Source: the human T2T-CHM13v2.0 reference genome, Homo sapiens. From it: a stretch of DNA of 64,000 nucleotides. Where the stretch lies: the NCBI RefSeq assembly GCF_009914755.1, contig NC_060928.1. One strand, written 5' to 3'. The notes beneath the pieces were generated by a model that made no database searches, had not been told where the DNA came from, and worked only from the letters and a program-made list of their open reading frames with translations. The translations under genes and the position numbers were made by a program. How positions within the stretch are numbered: position 1 is the first letter of the stretch; each line of letters starts with the position of its first letter. Positions 26,602-40,909 of this stretch are shown piece by piece.

Positions 26602-28665
26602 GGTGGCGGCTCTAAAATATTATTTTGCCCACCCACACAGTGTGTTTTAAGCCGGTAAATAAAGAACATACAGTAGTTTTAGAAAATTACCAACTATAAA
26701 CAATTCATTAGATAAAATATTTATAATTAATAAAAAGAAAGGAGACAACACATGAAGTTTAAATATAATTGAAAAATGAACCCTTTCTGAATGTTATGAA
26801 CAAGCCAGGAAAAAGAAAAAGTTCTAAAATGCTATACGAGACAATACAGTCTACTATTTCAAGTTTCAGCCAAGAAACTACAGATCAGAACTAAATTTAA
26901 CTACTAGTTTCAGTCATAATATTAACATGTAACACACTGTAGAATATATCCAGTACTCTTCTTGGCATTCTAAAAAAACAAGTACTCTATGAAGTAGAAC
27001 AGAGTGTATATTAAATGTTCTGATGTGGAACACTTATGTCATGTTCCAGTTTCAGAACCTAACAAAAAATCTAACATTCTGATAAATGAAAACTAGTAGA
27101 CTAATTAGGATGACTTAAATAGGACCTCTGTAAGAGACAGTCATTGTTAAAGCAAAATTTTAATTCCACTTATGAAAGAACTTTATTTTCTAAATTGCTG
27201 GATAAATACACTAGAAAATTTTTTAGTCCATTATAATAAAGCAATTAAATTTTTGAAAAATATTCGAATGAAAATAATGAATATGGATTGAAAGAAAAAT
27301 TGCATTGGATTATATCAAGGGTGTGTCAAATTTTCTCATACAGAGACTGCATGTTTACCTTGAATAAAATGTCTAGGTAATTTCAAAGATAACATGGTAA
27401 AAAATGCTTTTCTTTTGTTTTGCTTTTTACATAAAGAACTCTAATCTTTTACAACTTTAAGTCCCATTTGTTCTAGGGCTCTTTTTCAGCAATCTGTTTA
27501 TTTTTCATTTGTGGGATATTTCATATGTATCGCTGCATGATATTTTTCCTGATTTACTTTGTAAACTATCTGCAGTTTTTTTTCAAATAAGCTAGAAACT
27601 GTTATTCCTGTTGGATGCATGTGAGTACTAAGATAAAAGATAATCAGAGAAAATATTATTTTAAAATGGGCCAGATTGTGCTGCAAGAATAAACTGTTAT
27701 TGACTCATTTAGCCTTCCGTTTTGAGGTTTTGTAGATATCCATAAGGACCCAATGTAATCTGACAGTTTTTAAAATTGTTCTTCATTATAAATTTTTTTC
27801 TCTATAGCCTTCTTTCAACCAGCCCTTTTTAGGTTACTAGTTATAACGAGTACAGGAGGGTTACAAAAAAAAAAAAAAAAGGTAAAGCAAGCGTGTCTTC
27901 CATTATCACATTGTAACTATACTTAGGATGTTATTAAATTTTCTTTTTATAAAATTCCCTTGTAAACACTTTGAAAATGCCCCTTTTTCCCAGAAGTAGC
28001 CTAGACTTCTGGACTCTCACTTTTAAGGTACAATGGTTGGAACTTGCCTGTGGCTGTAGTGAAAGACAAAGGAGAAAGTGAAATGGAATTCCAGATGATG
28101 TGACTCCAGAAAGGAAGAAATAGATTGAAATTAGCTATGCTTGTGGGAGAAAGCATTGTCTGCAGAGAATCTTCTGAGAATTTCTTGTCCTCATAAGCAA
28201 GAGGATAAGAAAGTGGCTCTTAGAAAATTTTTCTGAGGAAAGGTTCACAGGGAACAGAAGATTTTGTGGTGTCCTACTTAAGGATTTAAAGAAAAAAATC
28301 TTTATACAAAATTTGGATTGATAAAGGTGAAACAGAAGGACTGAGATAATGACGAAGTATAGAAGAGTTAATGACTACAACCAGCTGAGCTGAAATGTTC
28401 GCATTATATAGAAGAAAAACCGAATTCTACAGAGCTGAGAGGAAATCTGAAAGTGAGGAATCGAATAAGACTGGGCAAGTTTGTGTAGGGTAGACCCAGC
28501 ATGGTTGTGCTGAATGAGAACTCAGAAAATAATATTGGGACATTTGAATTTTAATCCAGACTTTTAGTTACCTAAAAATAATCTTGGAAAATTTACATCA
28601 CTGGACTAAGATATCATCATTTGGAACTCTTATTATACATGAAAAGATAAATGCTAAGGCATCTG

Positions 28666-28701
28666 CAGAGGCCAGAGTGCTAACCATTGCACCATAGAAC
28701 C
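28666..28701 (-). pseudogene. tRNA-Gln(CTG) 5'-half fragment
   Basis: Minus strand GGTTCTATGGTGCAATGGTTAGCACTCTGGCCTCTG matches the recalled tRNA-Gln-CTG 5' sequence GGTTCCATGGTGTAATGGTTAGCACTCTGGACTCTG at 33/36; similarity stops right after the anticodon. Confidence 0.85.
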
Positions 28702-31029
28702 CCTTTAGTAAGACTTTGTCCACCTCTACATTCAATGTCAATACAGTGGGGTACAGGAGAGGATGCCTATGTGAATAGCACCAGCTTCACAGTATTGCTG
28801 TGAATAATTGTGTATTTTGTATATACTTCCCATTTTTAAATCACCCCAACAAAGTACATCATATATTGACTGGCTTTAAACTATATTGTTTTAAAGCCCT
28901 TCTACTATCCTAGTGGAAACAAAGAGCACATTTTTTAAAAACTGCATAGCATTTGGAGCTGGGCTTTTTTCCCTTTTTTTTGTGATACATATCCTTAAGT
29001 GGTTTAAAACAATCATTAGTTCTGATTTATGCCTTGTATATATAGAGAGTAAACTATTCTCTCACTGTGGTAGTTTCCAAGATACCATTTTATAAATGAC
29101 AAAGTATCTAGTTAACAAAAGAAACTGAAGTCATTAATAAGGAAAACTGCTTTTCTAGAAATCCAAACATCTGAGCAACCAAGCTCTGAATAGAAATAAG
29201 CAATTTAATATTTTATGATAAGACAAATATGTCACTGTGACACCACTGGAGGTACATATGTTGAACTTCATCTTTCCCCTGGCAGCAGAAATTGCCTACA
29301 GAGGGAATCCATCAGTCTGGGGTGTAGACTGGGAAGGAGGGTTGGGATGACAGAAAGAATGTTCTCTCCCACTTAGAGGGTAGGAGTTAGGAATGAATTC
29401 CATAGCCACTATAGAAATATTCTGTGGCTAAATAAAAGTTAGAATCATTTGCAATCTATGTTTTTGGAATCCTTCCAGCAGGGTCTCTCCATAGGGTAAC
29501 CTTGCAGGACATTCCCCCCAAGAAAGAATAACCTTAAAGTATACAGGTGGCTTCACATAGGTGTCTTTATATTATTGTAAATAAGCTAATCAAAATCCTA
29601 GAGACACCTAAAATGTCCACAAAAATTAATTTAGGGAAGTCATCTCCTTCACGTACTTCCTGCCAGCTTCCAACAATCATGTTGAACTCAAGAGGTAAAT
29701 ATGTTGTTAAACAGATTTAAGAGATATGTGCAGAAATAAAATGAAGCTGGTATATGTATAATGTATAAAGCAATGCATCAGACACCAAATAACAATAAGA
29801 ACATTGATTTTGGAATACGTTGATTATGTGAGATACTGCAATTATGACAGTATATTGCTCATTTGGTAAACTGGTTGAAATGATAGGATAATAATTCATC
29901 TATTTGATAATTTGCTTTTTCTAAATAATTTATATTTTTCCACAATAATAAGTGGAAATTTCTAATAGTGAAAGCCACATGATGTTAAAGAAATACTTAA
30001 CAAATACTTGTAAAAAGCTCACACAATTTATTATAATTCTGTTCTTCTTTGTATCTGTTCCTTATAGGTGTTTAAATCTAAATTTAGAAAATGCATGTAG
30101 AAAAGTAGACAGTTTTTATCATATTCTCCTGTTTTAGATGTAGTTGGTTTTCCCTTCTGGTATGACATTGTAGCTATGCAAGCACGTTGGATTAAAAGAG
30201 GTAGCTGTAGGAAATAAAAATTTAGACCTTCAAACAAGAAGAAAACAATTAACTATTCTATTTGACAGTTTATTTTCAGAAATTTAAGCCCATGGGGTTT
30301 TTAATTATAATAGTTTGCAAGGAAGAAAAATTTACTGAACAAATAAGAGACAACCAAAATGCTTTATAATTTTTGAGACAACTTCAAATAATTTATGCAA
30401 ATGAAGGTACTTGAATAATGATTTTTCAAACTGAAAATCATTTTACAAAACCATCACATGATATATTTCTATTGTTTTGTACTGATGAGTCTTTCAGAAT
30501 TGCCAGAAAATAAAACTTCTAGGAATTACGGTAGCAGTGATATTTCTATTATTAGTGGTTACCATAAAATTTTCAAATAGTAGAATGCAATACAACACTA
30601 AAGTAAAATTAGCTTCTTGTTATAAACTTATGTACTCATGGAAGAAACTCACAAGAGACTATACAATACTCACACTCAACTTTCATTAGAATTTGGATAA
30701 TATAGAGAACAAAAATGGGTACTTTACATTTCATTATTTATTATTCTACATATAGTCTAAGTAATAATGATCTGGAGTGCATATATCTAAGCATTCTGCA
30801 TTAACATTAGAAGGCCAGATCTTTAGGCTTTATGCCCCCAACTTGCTCAGTCCACTGATAAGAATGTGAGCTGCTCTAGGAAGGGAGTATCTGTAAGGCA
30901 GTGGCTCACTGCAGCGGAGGTACACCCTGAAGCTCCTGACATAAATAGGCTGTCTGCTGATTGTCCTACCTGACATTAAGAAGAAGGTCTTTCCTTGAAC
31001 TGGGTTCCATATGGTGGATCTAACATGTC

Positions 31030-31560
31030 TATAACTAGGATAGTAACACTGGAGAGGGTAGGGAAGTGGTCAGAATGTGGATATGTTTTGAAGGTAGAGC
31101 TGAGGGAATTTTCTGATCTTTAGCCATAAAGATGTGCAACTAGAAACAGTAGTTGACAGAAAATGTCCTCTTTTTTTTTTTAACCAGAATAAATGGGTGA
31201 ATGGTGAACCATTTTTCTGAAGTGAAAAGAGTGAATTTGAAGGGTGGGGAACAGAAAAATTTTGTTTGGGCGTTAAGTTTGAGCTATACAATATTTCTGA
31301 GTAGATATCAAGTATAGAGTTAGATGTGTATGGTTAGTGGGGATATTAGGGCTGTAAAATTAAATTTGGAAATCTTTGCACTCGAAGAACTGGACAGAAG
31401 TGACAAGATAAAACAAGAAAGGTAAGGATGGAAACAATATTTAGAGTTAATCCAGTAATTAGATATTGAAATGTTGAAATGTTGGATCCACAAAGGATGC
31501 TAACCAAAATTTCCAGTGAGATGACAGAGAACAAGAGAGAGAACCAACTGAAGAAGATGT
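31030..31560 (-). mobile_element. L2 fragment
   Basis: gaagtggtcagaatgtggatatgttttgaaggtagagctga and ttttgtttgggcgttaagtttgag are typical antisense L2. Confidence 0.7.
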
Positions 31561-34500
31561 TTCAAGTTTTAGAGACAGAGATCAAGATATTTTCCAAATC
31601 TCTGAATCTGAATATTTTCATGTTATGATGGAAAAACTCCCTTTATTAAAAAGGAACACAGCTGACTTTTGAATAGTGCAATGTTGTTGAAGTAAGACGT
31701 TTTCTGTAGAAAAACAAATGACTAAGCAATAGCATTGACTTTCATAAAGTTGTATTTAACTATAAAGATGTTTTTTGAAGTGAAATAGAAATTAACTTTG
31801 ACAAAAAAGGAGAAAGAGTTTAATATGCTTAATTTTAATGGTTGCCCAGAAAAACATTCCAAATCCAGTCAAAAATGTTTTCTCCTAAATACACAAAAGC
31901 TGTGCTCTCTGCATAAGTTTCTGCGTCGTCAGTAGCTAATTTTACACAGGTCTTTGCTTAGGAAGGAATTTTTTGGATTGGTATAACTAAAACATATTGT
32001 TAGCTTAGATTTCTCTTGTGCTTTCCTTTTGTTGTGTAACCGCATATGTAAAACTGAGTCTCAAAGCAAACTTGTAGACACAAATTATATTTTAAATAAT
32101 AAATTGTTTTTACAGTTTATGTAAAAAATAAAAATGAACATGAAATTCATTTGAGATGTCAAGATAATTTAAGCTTTTGTTGCAAACATATTAAATAATT
32201 TACCCATTCAGTACCTGGGCAAATGTTGTAATGCAGTTCTATCACACCAATAATCAATGTTGTTTTATATATACTGAAAGTATAACAGCAGTTTACATTT
32301 GGAACAAAAATTTTAAATGTGGAACTAATACGTGATAAAAGAATAATAAGAAAATTTGTTTATGTAGAAAAAATACCCACCTGTATATTTCTTCTGTGCC
32401 CATTGGTTTATTTTCCTTTAATGAAGGATCTTCAAGGATAGAATTAAAGTTTTTATCATTCACTCTTCCATGCTGATATGTGGATTTAATATTTCTGAAG
32501 TTTATTTTTCAAATTCTCATATAAAATTAGATTTTTAAATTCTTGCTCTTCCAGTAATATATTTATTGAAAAGAAGTCCTCGTTATGAAGAACCGTGTTA
32601 AATGTTAATTACTATATGACCACATGTGCCCTGGAAAATATTTGTGAATTAAAATATTTGTTTAAGTAAACCAAAATTATATTTGGGTATATTCACTCAA
32701 ACCAATGTTTGTTTCTGGTAGAAATACTTGCTTAACTTTCAATTTGTTAAAGGTTGTTTCAACCATTGTATTGTTTATGTCTAAGACATTCAGGATGATA
32801 TGAAATTTTTGTAATTTGCAAAGACAGGATTGCAAGTTAAAACATAGCTTACCCATGAAATAAGCAGGTATTTCCAATGATTAAAATTTACTTTAAATTG
32901 GGTAAATGGTGAGACTCTGCCATAATTGAATAAGTTTCAAATATTCAATTGTACAAAATGTAGGGTAGTGGTATTACAAGGTTAACAAAAACCAATACTT
33001 TTTTAGTTGTTTTTTTAGTTACTATGTTGTAAAGGGAAAGGGGAAAATACGTTGTTTATTTGTTTTTATCTATCAGACCAAGCAGAAAGAGGACTGATCA
33101 TTATAAAGAAAGTACACCCCTTATACTGAACTCAGAATTACTCACATGATCAGGAGACAGTCACTTCTTAATGCTTTTTTCTATCTCCCCCATCACTACC
33201 AAGAAGAAATTAGCTTTCACTTGCCCTGCCTCTTTTTGAGAACTTGAACTGGCCAGAATATTGGCACTATTTACCAATACCACATAACCTGTATTTTGGT
33301 ACTGTGAGAGTTTTACTGTAATTTGAAATATCATCTACTCAATAAATTTTTATTCGTGGGTACATTCATCAACTTGTTTATTGTCAAAGGTAATTTAGTT
33401 TATCTAATCGAATAGTTGGTTATAATATTGCCTTCCTCATAGCCTTCCAGAGCATTTGTTTAATTAACAAGAACAGATGTAGAAGGGCTATTCCACATCT
33501 TAACTCTAAGAATAGTCATTCCAAAAAGAATTAAATGGAGTGGTTGCAGTTCTCTAAGAAAAATGCTAAACACCTTTTGTGTGTTTTTCAGTCATTTGTG
33601 GGCTTTATAAAACTGTATGTTTTGCTCAAAAGTAAATTTTATTTATAAAATTTTCTTTAAATGTGAGAGCTCTATCTCAACCCACAATTTATTTCTACAT
33701 TTACATTTTCTTCAATATCTACCAGGGTTTGTGGTAGCTCATAAAGATACAAATATGAATAATTTACAGTTTTGTGCCTAAGCCATTGCAGTGAAAAACA
33801 AGTAAAGAAAAACCATAATATGTGTGATAAAAGCTATAAAGGAATACTCAAGAGGTTCAATAATACCACAAAGAAGCAAGCAGATTTGAAGGCCAAACAT
33901 TCCTAAATATAGTGTTTTGAAAGAGTATGGAAAACTTAAAAGCTAAGAAGTAATAAAGTAGATTATAAATGTAGCATTCTTTTTTTAAGTTACATTCATA
34001 CTAGAGCAGAAATTCTTTTCAAAGACTGGCAAAAGAGAATCCTTACCACCCTTACTGAAAAGAGATTAAGGAAGAGAGAGAAAGTTATCATGAGTAAAAA
34101 ATATTCCAGTTAGTTATCTCTAATATAGGGCTCTAGAATTCTTATACTAGGGATCCAAAAGACATAAAACCTGAAACCCCATAATGAAAAGATGATTATA
34201 TTTCATATATGCCTCCCTTAGGGAAGAAAAACTGTTATTTAAAATGAGGTTAGCCAGCAAATACAATTGTTCAATTTCAGCATGGGGTTGGATCCCAGGC
34301 ACAGCTTTACAGCCATATTAGCAAGCATTAGTTTTCATGTGTTTTTATACTAAATCTTTTTAACATTACTTTTGAGAGATAAAAATAAAGATTATCAGAG
34401 TTCTTTTAATGCCTTTATCCACCATCACTATAACCAATTCCAAGATGAAAATACAAAAGAGACTTGACAATAAATAGCACTTTAGTGCTCTGGGGTATTA

Positions 34501-34979
34501 TACCCCCAGCAGCTCCATTTTTTGTTACGGTAATTCTACTAGCCTCTAGCACTTAACACACTAAACAGAAGTGAATACAAGAGTGTCCAAAGGACTGAGA
34601 CTATTGATAATTCCAATCTATTCAGGATTTTCTTATGTCTCAATGTTCAATTTGGAGACTTTTTTATTCAAGGGAAAAATCTTAAGTATTCAACATGCTC
34701 TTTTTAAACCATTTTGAACACAATATTACTGCATTATCTACATATGCTCTTGTTTCAAATCTATATTCTTTGCCTAAAAATATTTAATTATTATTCTATT
34801 TTATTTTTTTCCATTTAAATTATCCAATTGTACTATATACCATACAAATTCTCCTAATACAATTATAGTAAAGACTGCTGATAAAGATTTAAATTACTAA
34901 TCGGATAGTTATTGGTTTTCTTGGAAGTTTGCTTCCTTATAATACTTAACACTTTATAATTCCTTCCTACAATTATCTT

Positions 34980-35260
34980 ACCAGTTAGCGTGTAATTAAC
35001 ACCCTCTCCTGGTGCTTCTACCTTCTTAACTACCCTTTTTCATTGTGTTTTATAATTTCCCTTCTCTGCTCACCTTGTAAATATTAGTGTTCCCTGTGGT
35101 GTTTTGCTTTGCCTTGTAATTATATCTATGCTCTCATTTTGTCTGCTCCCATATTTTCAATATATTTCAGTATGTCAGCCTATCATCCCTATAATTCAAC
35201 AGATTTCTCTCCTAAAATCTTACATTGCCATATAACTCAACTGATATTTAAATAAAATAT
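34980..35260 (+). mobile_element. Decayed L2 fragment
   Basis: Pyrimidine-rich; cttctctgctcaccttgtaaatattagtgttccc resembles the L2 ORF2 region. Confidence 0.4.
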
Positions 35261-35613
35261 TTTATAGCATAAGTTCGAAAAATGCTTTCTCCATTTTCCA
35301 ATTTGATTTTCGAAATCGGTTGTCTATGTCTTATTGCCACTCATTAATTGAAATATGTTCTGAAGATATAAAATTAGGAAGCACTGAAGGAAAGAAATCT
35401 GGGTCCCAAAAGTATGTACTCTACCCCAGCCAAATGTCACCCATTTTAACCATCAGTCAATAACTGAGTTGTCAAACAATTTTTTTTGGTAGTTATTAAC
35501 TTTAAGAAATATTGTTGCTTCTTTTATTGCATATTTGAAATACCAGACCAAGGTAAACTATGTATGTTTATTTCCTGGCAATTATAAAGGAGAGACTTAA
35601 AAAGTGAAAGATG

Positions 35614-35913
35614 GGTCGGGCGTAGTGGCTCACGCTTGTAATCCCAGAACTTTGGGAGGCTGAGGCAGGCGGTTCGCGAGGTCAGGATATCAAGACCAGC
35701 CTGGCTAACACGGTGAAACCCCGTCTCTACTAAAAATACAAAAAATTAGCTGGACCTGGTGGCGGGCGCCTGTAGTCCCAGCTACTCAGGAGGCTGAGGC
35801 AGGAGAATAGCATGAACCCGGGAGGCAAAGCCTGCAGTGAGCCGAGATCTCACCACTGCACTCCAGCCTGGGGGACAGAGTGAGACTCTGTCTCAAAAAA
35901 AAAAAAACAAAAA
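35614..35913 (+). mobile_element. AluY
   Basis: ctggctaacacggtgaaacccc and ggcgggcgcctgtagtccc; 15-bp TSD aaaaagtgaaagatg at 35599-35613 / 35914-35928. Confidence 0.95.
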
Positions 35914-37049
35914 AAAAAGTGAAAGATGGTTTCATTTTTCCTAATGAATGCTTTCTGAACTATCACAAGGAGAAATGAAGTTAATTTATATATCAATATA
36001 GTTTATAAGTTGATATTGATGTAAGTTTTCCTTAACATAAGTATCTTTCAATGGGAATTAGCAAAGAACAAATCAGACATTAAAATCTTTTAGAATGATT
36101 TAATTTTATGGTATATTGGACATATTCTTCATAAGCAGATAGACTGTCATTGATCAGTGAAGATCATCCTTTGAACATACAGGAGGTGGTTACTTATTGA
36201 AAATTATTGAATGCATTAACCCAGAGAAATGTCATTGAAATGTAATTGCTTTTGAAACAGTAGAAGACAGAGATCTCTTACAAAGGAAGTGGGGACATTT
36301 TGAACTTCATTATTTTCTGCTGTATTCTTAATTGAACTTTCCCAGAATAAACTTTCAGATTCCTTTTAAGATGTTAATCATTTGGTTACAGATTCTTCTA
36401 TCAAAAAATATTTTTTTGTGTGTGTTTCTGACTTTAATTAAGCCCTCTGGGTCAATATTGGAAAATGTATTCTTATGTAGTTTTACCTAGGAAAGAGCAT
36501 AACCTAATTTCAGTTTATTTATTAAAACCGGTTTGTTCCAAGGGCGCTTTATCTATGATACTGATAGTGATATATACCATGTATATTATTGTTCTTCTAT
36601 CTTCGCTCCTTCAGAGTAGATATTCAGAAATGAGTTTCTAGTTATATTTCAGCATGTAGTTGTGGAATGAGAATGAGAGAGACATATGAAATGTGAACAC
36701 CGTGAAACAGGGTAAAACAATAAAGTACCATTTAATTTAGATATCCACTGTGAAAAGACGTATTGTTTCATTTTTTATAGTTATTACAAATTTAGAATAA
36801 ATGTAATAAGTTACATAGTTGATGCTTACGGCTTATAATTTAAAAATAGATATAACTTTTATAGTCTAAAATGCAATAAAGATCACATAAAAATCTCATT
36901 GAGCAGGACACCAGAAAAGAGTGTTCTCCTGCTCTTTTGTCTGTCTATTCCTTTAAATATTGCTAAAGTTTATTATAATAATACCTTAAAGAGACATTCA
37001 GCAAAATCCAGAAAGAAGTAAAGAAGTTTACACGAAAGGACTCTCAGAT

Positions 37050-37715
37050 CAGTCACACTCCAGTTAAGAGGTATCAATTACGCCAATTATTTTAACAAAG
37101 AGAACCTAACATAAAAAATATGTAAGTAGCTAGTAAAAATGGAAACATTATAAAAGAGAAAATAAGGAACCACGTTGGAAGTAACTGTTGGAAGCATATG
37201 TCACCCCTAGAACTTGGAGAACGAAAGGAAGAGGCTGGGAACACTAAAGCTTTAAAGTCTGGAGAAGGGGGCCCTGTCCTGGTAAATGGAACTCTAGCCT
37301 CCCAGAGTAATTTTGACTAGCAGGAATACCTCAGAGCTCGAGAGAGGGTGCCCTAAGGGGCTAGGACTCAGACTTTGGAGGAGGGAATGCTGGCTGGCTC
37401 GTGCCAGTGTCATTGAGAGGTCACCAGTGCAAGTACTGAAAAAACTCCAGATTGTTGTAACTGAAATGAATCACCACTGCTGATCTGAAGAAGCAAAGCC
37501 GTGCACCACTGAATGGAAAAGGAAGTCAGAGAGCAGAGAGAGGAATAATTTCAGCCCCCCATTCTCTTTTTAACTCTCTGTATTAGTAGATCCTAAGAGG
37601 AATCCAACTAACAATGGATTGTGGTTTACAGAGTCCCAGCTCCAGGATCATAAATCATTTTGTAGAAAGATGGGTTAAAAATGAATAAAAGTAGCTTAAT
37701 AACTAATGTACACAA
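37050..37715. mobile_element. Probable ancient LTR remnant (family uncertain)
   Basis: Abrupt ~650-bp GC-richer block with ERVL/MaLR-like composition; no family confidently recalled. Confidence 0.35.
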
Positions 37716-38769
37716 CTAATCATAATTGATTCACAATTGAATCTTAAAGATGGCAATGTTTTGGAGGTGAATTTTAAAATCATAACATCAAATTTAATCA
37801 GCAAGTTTCGCTGATTTGTTTCAAATCCCAAAAGTGACAAAACATAGTGAGATTTAGAGAAACTTTAAGGAAGTTCCTGATTTCTCCTCTTAAATAACTC
37901 CTTGTGAGAGATAGGACAAAACTGAACATTACGGGGAGAAAGGAAAATATGAGCAAAACTATAAAAAATAGAACAATACTCATTCATACCTATCTCCATA
38001 CAGAGTATAAAAATTACTTCTATGAACAAGGTAACCAAATGAATTACCAAAAGGATAGCTTTGCAATCTGACCATCAGAAAAAGAAAAAAGTCAGACTTC
38101 TCAAGAATTATATATACAAGGTATGTTTATGGTCCCAAGGAGAGTACCTTCTTGTTAAAATTGCTTATAAAGAGAAAAGTTATGTTATATAGAATAAGAA
38201 CCAATTATTTATTTTGCCCACAACTCCCTAAAATTACTAGTTCTTATTTTCTGTATTTATCCAGAATATATTTGGTTTTTAACTTTTAAATCACATGCTA
38301 GAAAAGCAGTCACATTTGCTCATTAGCTATCAAAATGTCTTTTATACTTTTCACTTCTTATGTTTTTGGAAATAAACTCTCCCAGAAATTTTTACGAAAA
38401 ATCATGGTTCTTAATTTTGAATGGAAGGAAACTAAATGAGAGAGAAAATGAGAATTGCTGCAGAGGAAATTGTTTTCAGTGCTTATCTTTGTGCTAAAAG
38501 GGGACTGATTATACTATACTCATCTCTAATGGCTAGTAAAAATTTAAACATAAATAACTGTTTCTAGTTTGTCCTGTTATAGCTAAAATAAAAGAGTGCA
38601 TTCCCTAAGTGTGGATGCACCTCAATTTATCTCTTCTTGATATATATAATTATGAGAAATTCATTAAAATATCAAAGATACATATTATTTATATCAATTT
38701 TATTGCTCAGTATCATAAATCTGGAAAAAAATAAATTATTTTAGCAAAAGCTTTTAAAAAGTGGCTAAC

Positions 38770-39280
38770 TTTTTTGTGTACCTTCTACATATCCTGAGCT
38801 ATTGTATGAATTGCAGAAAAATTGGAAAAGAAATAGATATAATTCCATGCCCTCATGCAGCTTATATTCTAGTGAAGAGCAATAGTCAAAAAGCAGGTAC
38901 AGTATGTGACATAATAATAAATTGCATGGTGAGAAATAAAACAGGAAAGAAGTATAGGATCTGTTAGCAGATGGAGAGGTTATTATAATCTAGAATTATG
39001 AAGGAAACCTCACTGAAAGAGTGCCTTAGAATACAGATAATAAGGGGAAAAATGATAGTGAACATTGATTATTTGGGCAACACCATTCAAGATAGTGAGA
39101 GGTAAGTGCAAAAAACCCCAAGACAGCAGCAAACCTGGATGTTCAAGTAACTGCAAGAAGACTAATGTAACAAAATTAGCAAGGGTAGAAGAAGTAAAAC
39201 AAGAGATTATGTAAGTAAGGGAAAACAGAAGATATAGGACCTTGTAGAGACTTGCCTTGCTACTGTAGTTCAAGTGAGTT
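38770..39280 (-). mobile_element. L2a 3' fragment
   Basis: tccatgccctcatgcagcttatattctagtg; gaaggaaacctcactgaaa; ataggaccttgtagagactt. Confidence 0.7.
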
Positions 39281-39879
39281 ATAGCAACGGCAGCGTTAAT
39301 GCTGGCACTAAAACTGAACTTCTTTACATTTTTTCACAACTTACTTTCTTAAATTTATTTTATCAATTATGATATCTGCAAACATAGCAATTTTGCAAGG
39401 GAGACAAATCAAAGAGCCCATCACAGCTATTCTGAGTTTAACTTGTAACAAAGAAGAATAGCTTACGTTAAACAGTTTTTAAGTTAAGCAGAATCGAAAT
39501 CTTCATGCATAGGCTGATCCAATGGTACACAGGAATAGATCATAGAAAATATCAGTTAACTATAATCTATGCATCAAATAAAATACTATATTTTTCTCTC
39601 TTGATTACGTCACATACCTGCATTTTCCCTTCTCTAAAAGTTATTTTGTAAAAGTGGTAAGCAAATTTTACCCATGTCAATTTTCAGTAAAAGGGAAGAA
39701 TCATCAGTAACAATAGTCTTAAAGCTTGGATGAGTAACTTACATGAAAAAGCAACATTTGCTCACTTATACTTTTGAAGCATATGCTATATAAATTAATT
39801 ATTGAATAAATAAATATGGAAGAAGAGACAAATCTTTACAGATAAATATTTAACAGAGATAATTTTAAACTTTTCTTAA

Positions 39880-40905
39880 AGTACATAGAAAAAAATTTGA
39901 ATAAGCAGAAATACATAAAATATTCATGAATAGAACAGTATTGTTAATACTTTATTTGAAAATTAATCTAGATATTAAGTACAAAAGCAGGAAACTGTTT
40001 ACTTGGACATTTTGAGGAATGCTGAATCTTAAATAAGAACAGTTCACAGATATGTAAAATGTAGAAAAGCAGAGTAAAGAGGAGAAATTGACCTCTCATT
40101 TATGAAAATGTAACATTTATTATAACAGGACAGAAAACACAATAATTGAAACAAAAACAGCCCATGGAAGAGGCCCAGATTTATATGAAAATATGTCAAT
40201 ATTAATATGAAATGACAAATTAATGATGAAAAGATACACTGAAAACTAAGACTTAGCTCAACTGGCTTACTCAATAGAAAAAAATTAAAATATTTCTTAA
40301 TACAACATACAGATTAGAAATCATGCTAGATTAAAAGCGTAAGTATTAAAAGTGAAGTGTTATGGTAAACCTTCTTAAATCAGTGATTTAAGATCACTGT
40401 GAAATGTGAAAAAGTACATTAAAAAGTGTTCAACATCATTAGCCATTAGAGAAATGCAAATATTAAGCCATGATGAGGTATTACTGTACACCTTCTAGAA
40501 TAAACTTTAACAATGACAACACCACCTGGCTGTCAAGGACATGGAGAAAATATATCAATCTTACATTGCTGGTTGGTATGTGAAATTGTACAGTCATTCT
40601 GGATAAAAGCTTGCTAGTTTCTTATAGGACTAAACATGTAAATATCGTATAACTCAACAATTGCACTCTTGGGCAGTAGCTTTATTTGTAATAATCCAAA
40701 CTGGAAATAACCTAAATGCTCTTCAGTGGATGAATAGTTCAATAAATTGTGGTACATCCCTATTATGGAATAATACCCAGCAATAAATAGGAATAAACTA
40801 TTCATACATGTGGCAAATTGCATGAATCTCTTAACCATTATGCTGAGTGAAAAAACACAATCCTACAAAGTTACATACAGTATGATTCCACTAATATAAC
40901 ATTCA
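39880..40905 (+). mobile_element. L1MC/MD ORF2 end and 3' UTR (continues at 43150-43360 and 43990-44050)
   Basis: caacatcattagccattagagaaatgcaaa; ccaaactggaaataacctaaatg; catacagtatgattccac. Confidence 0.75.
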
Positions 40906-40909
40906 TTTT

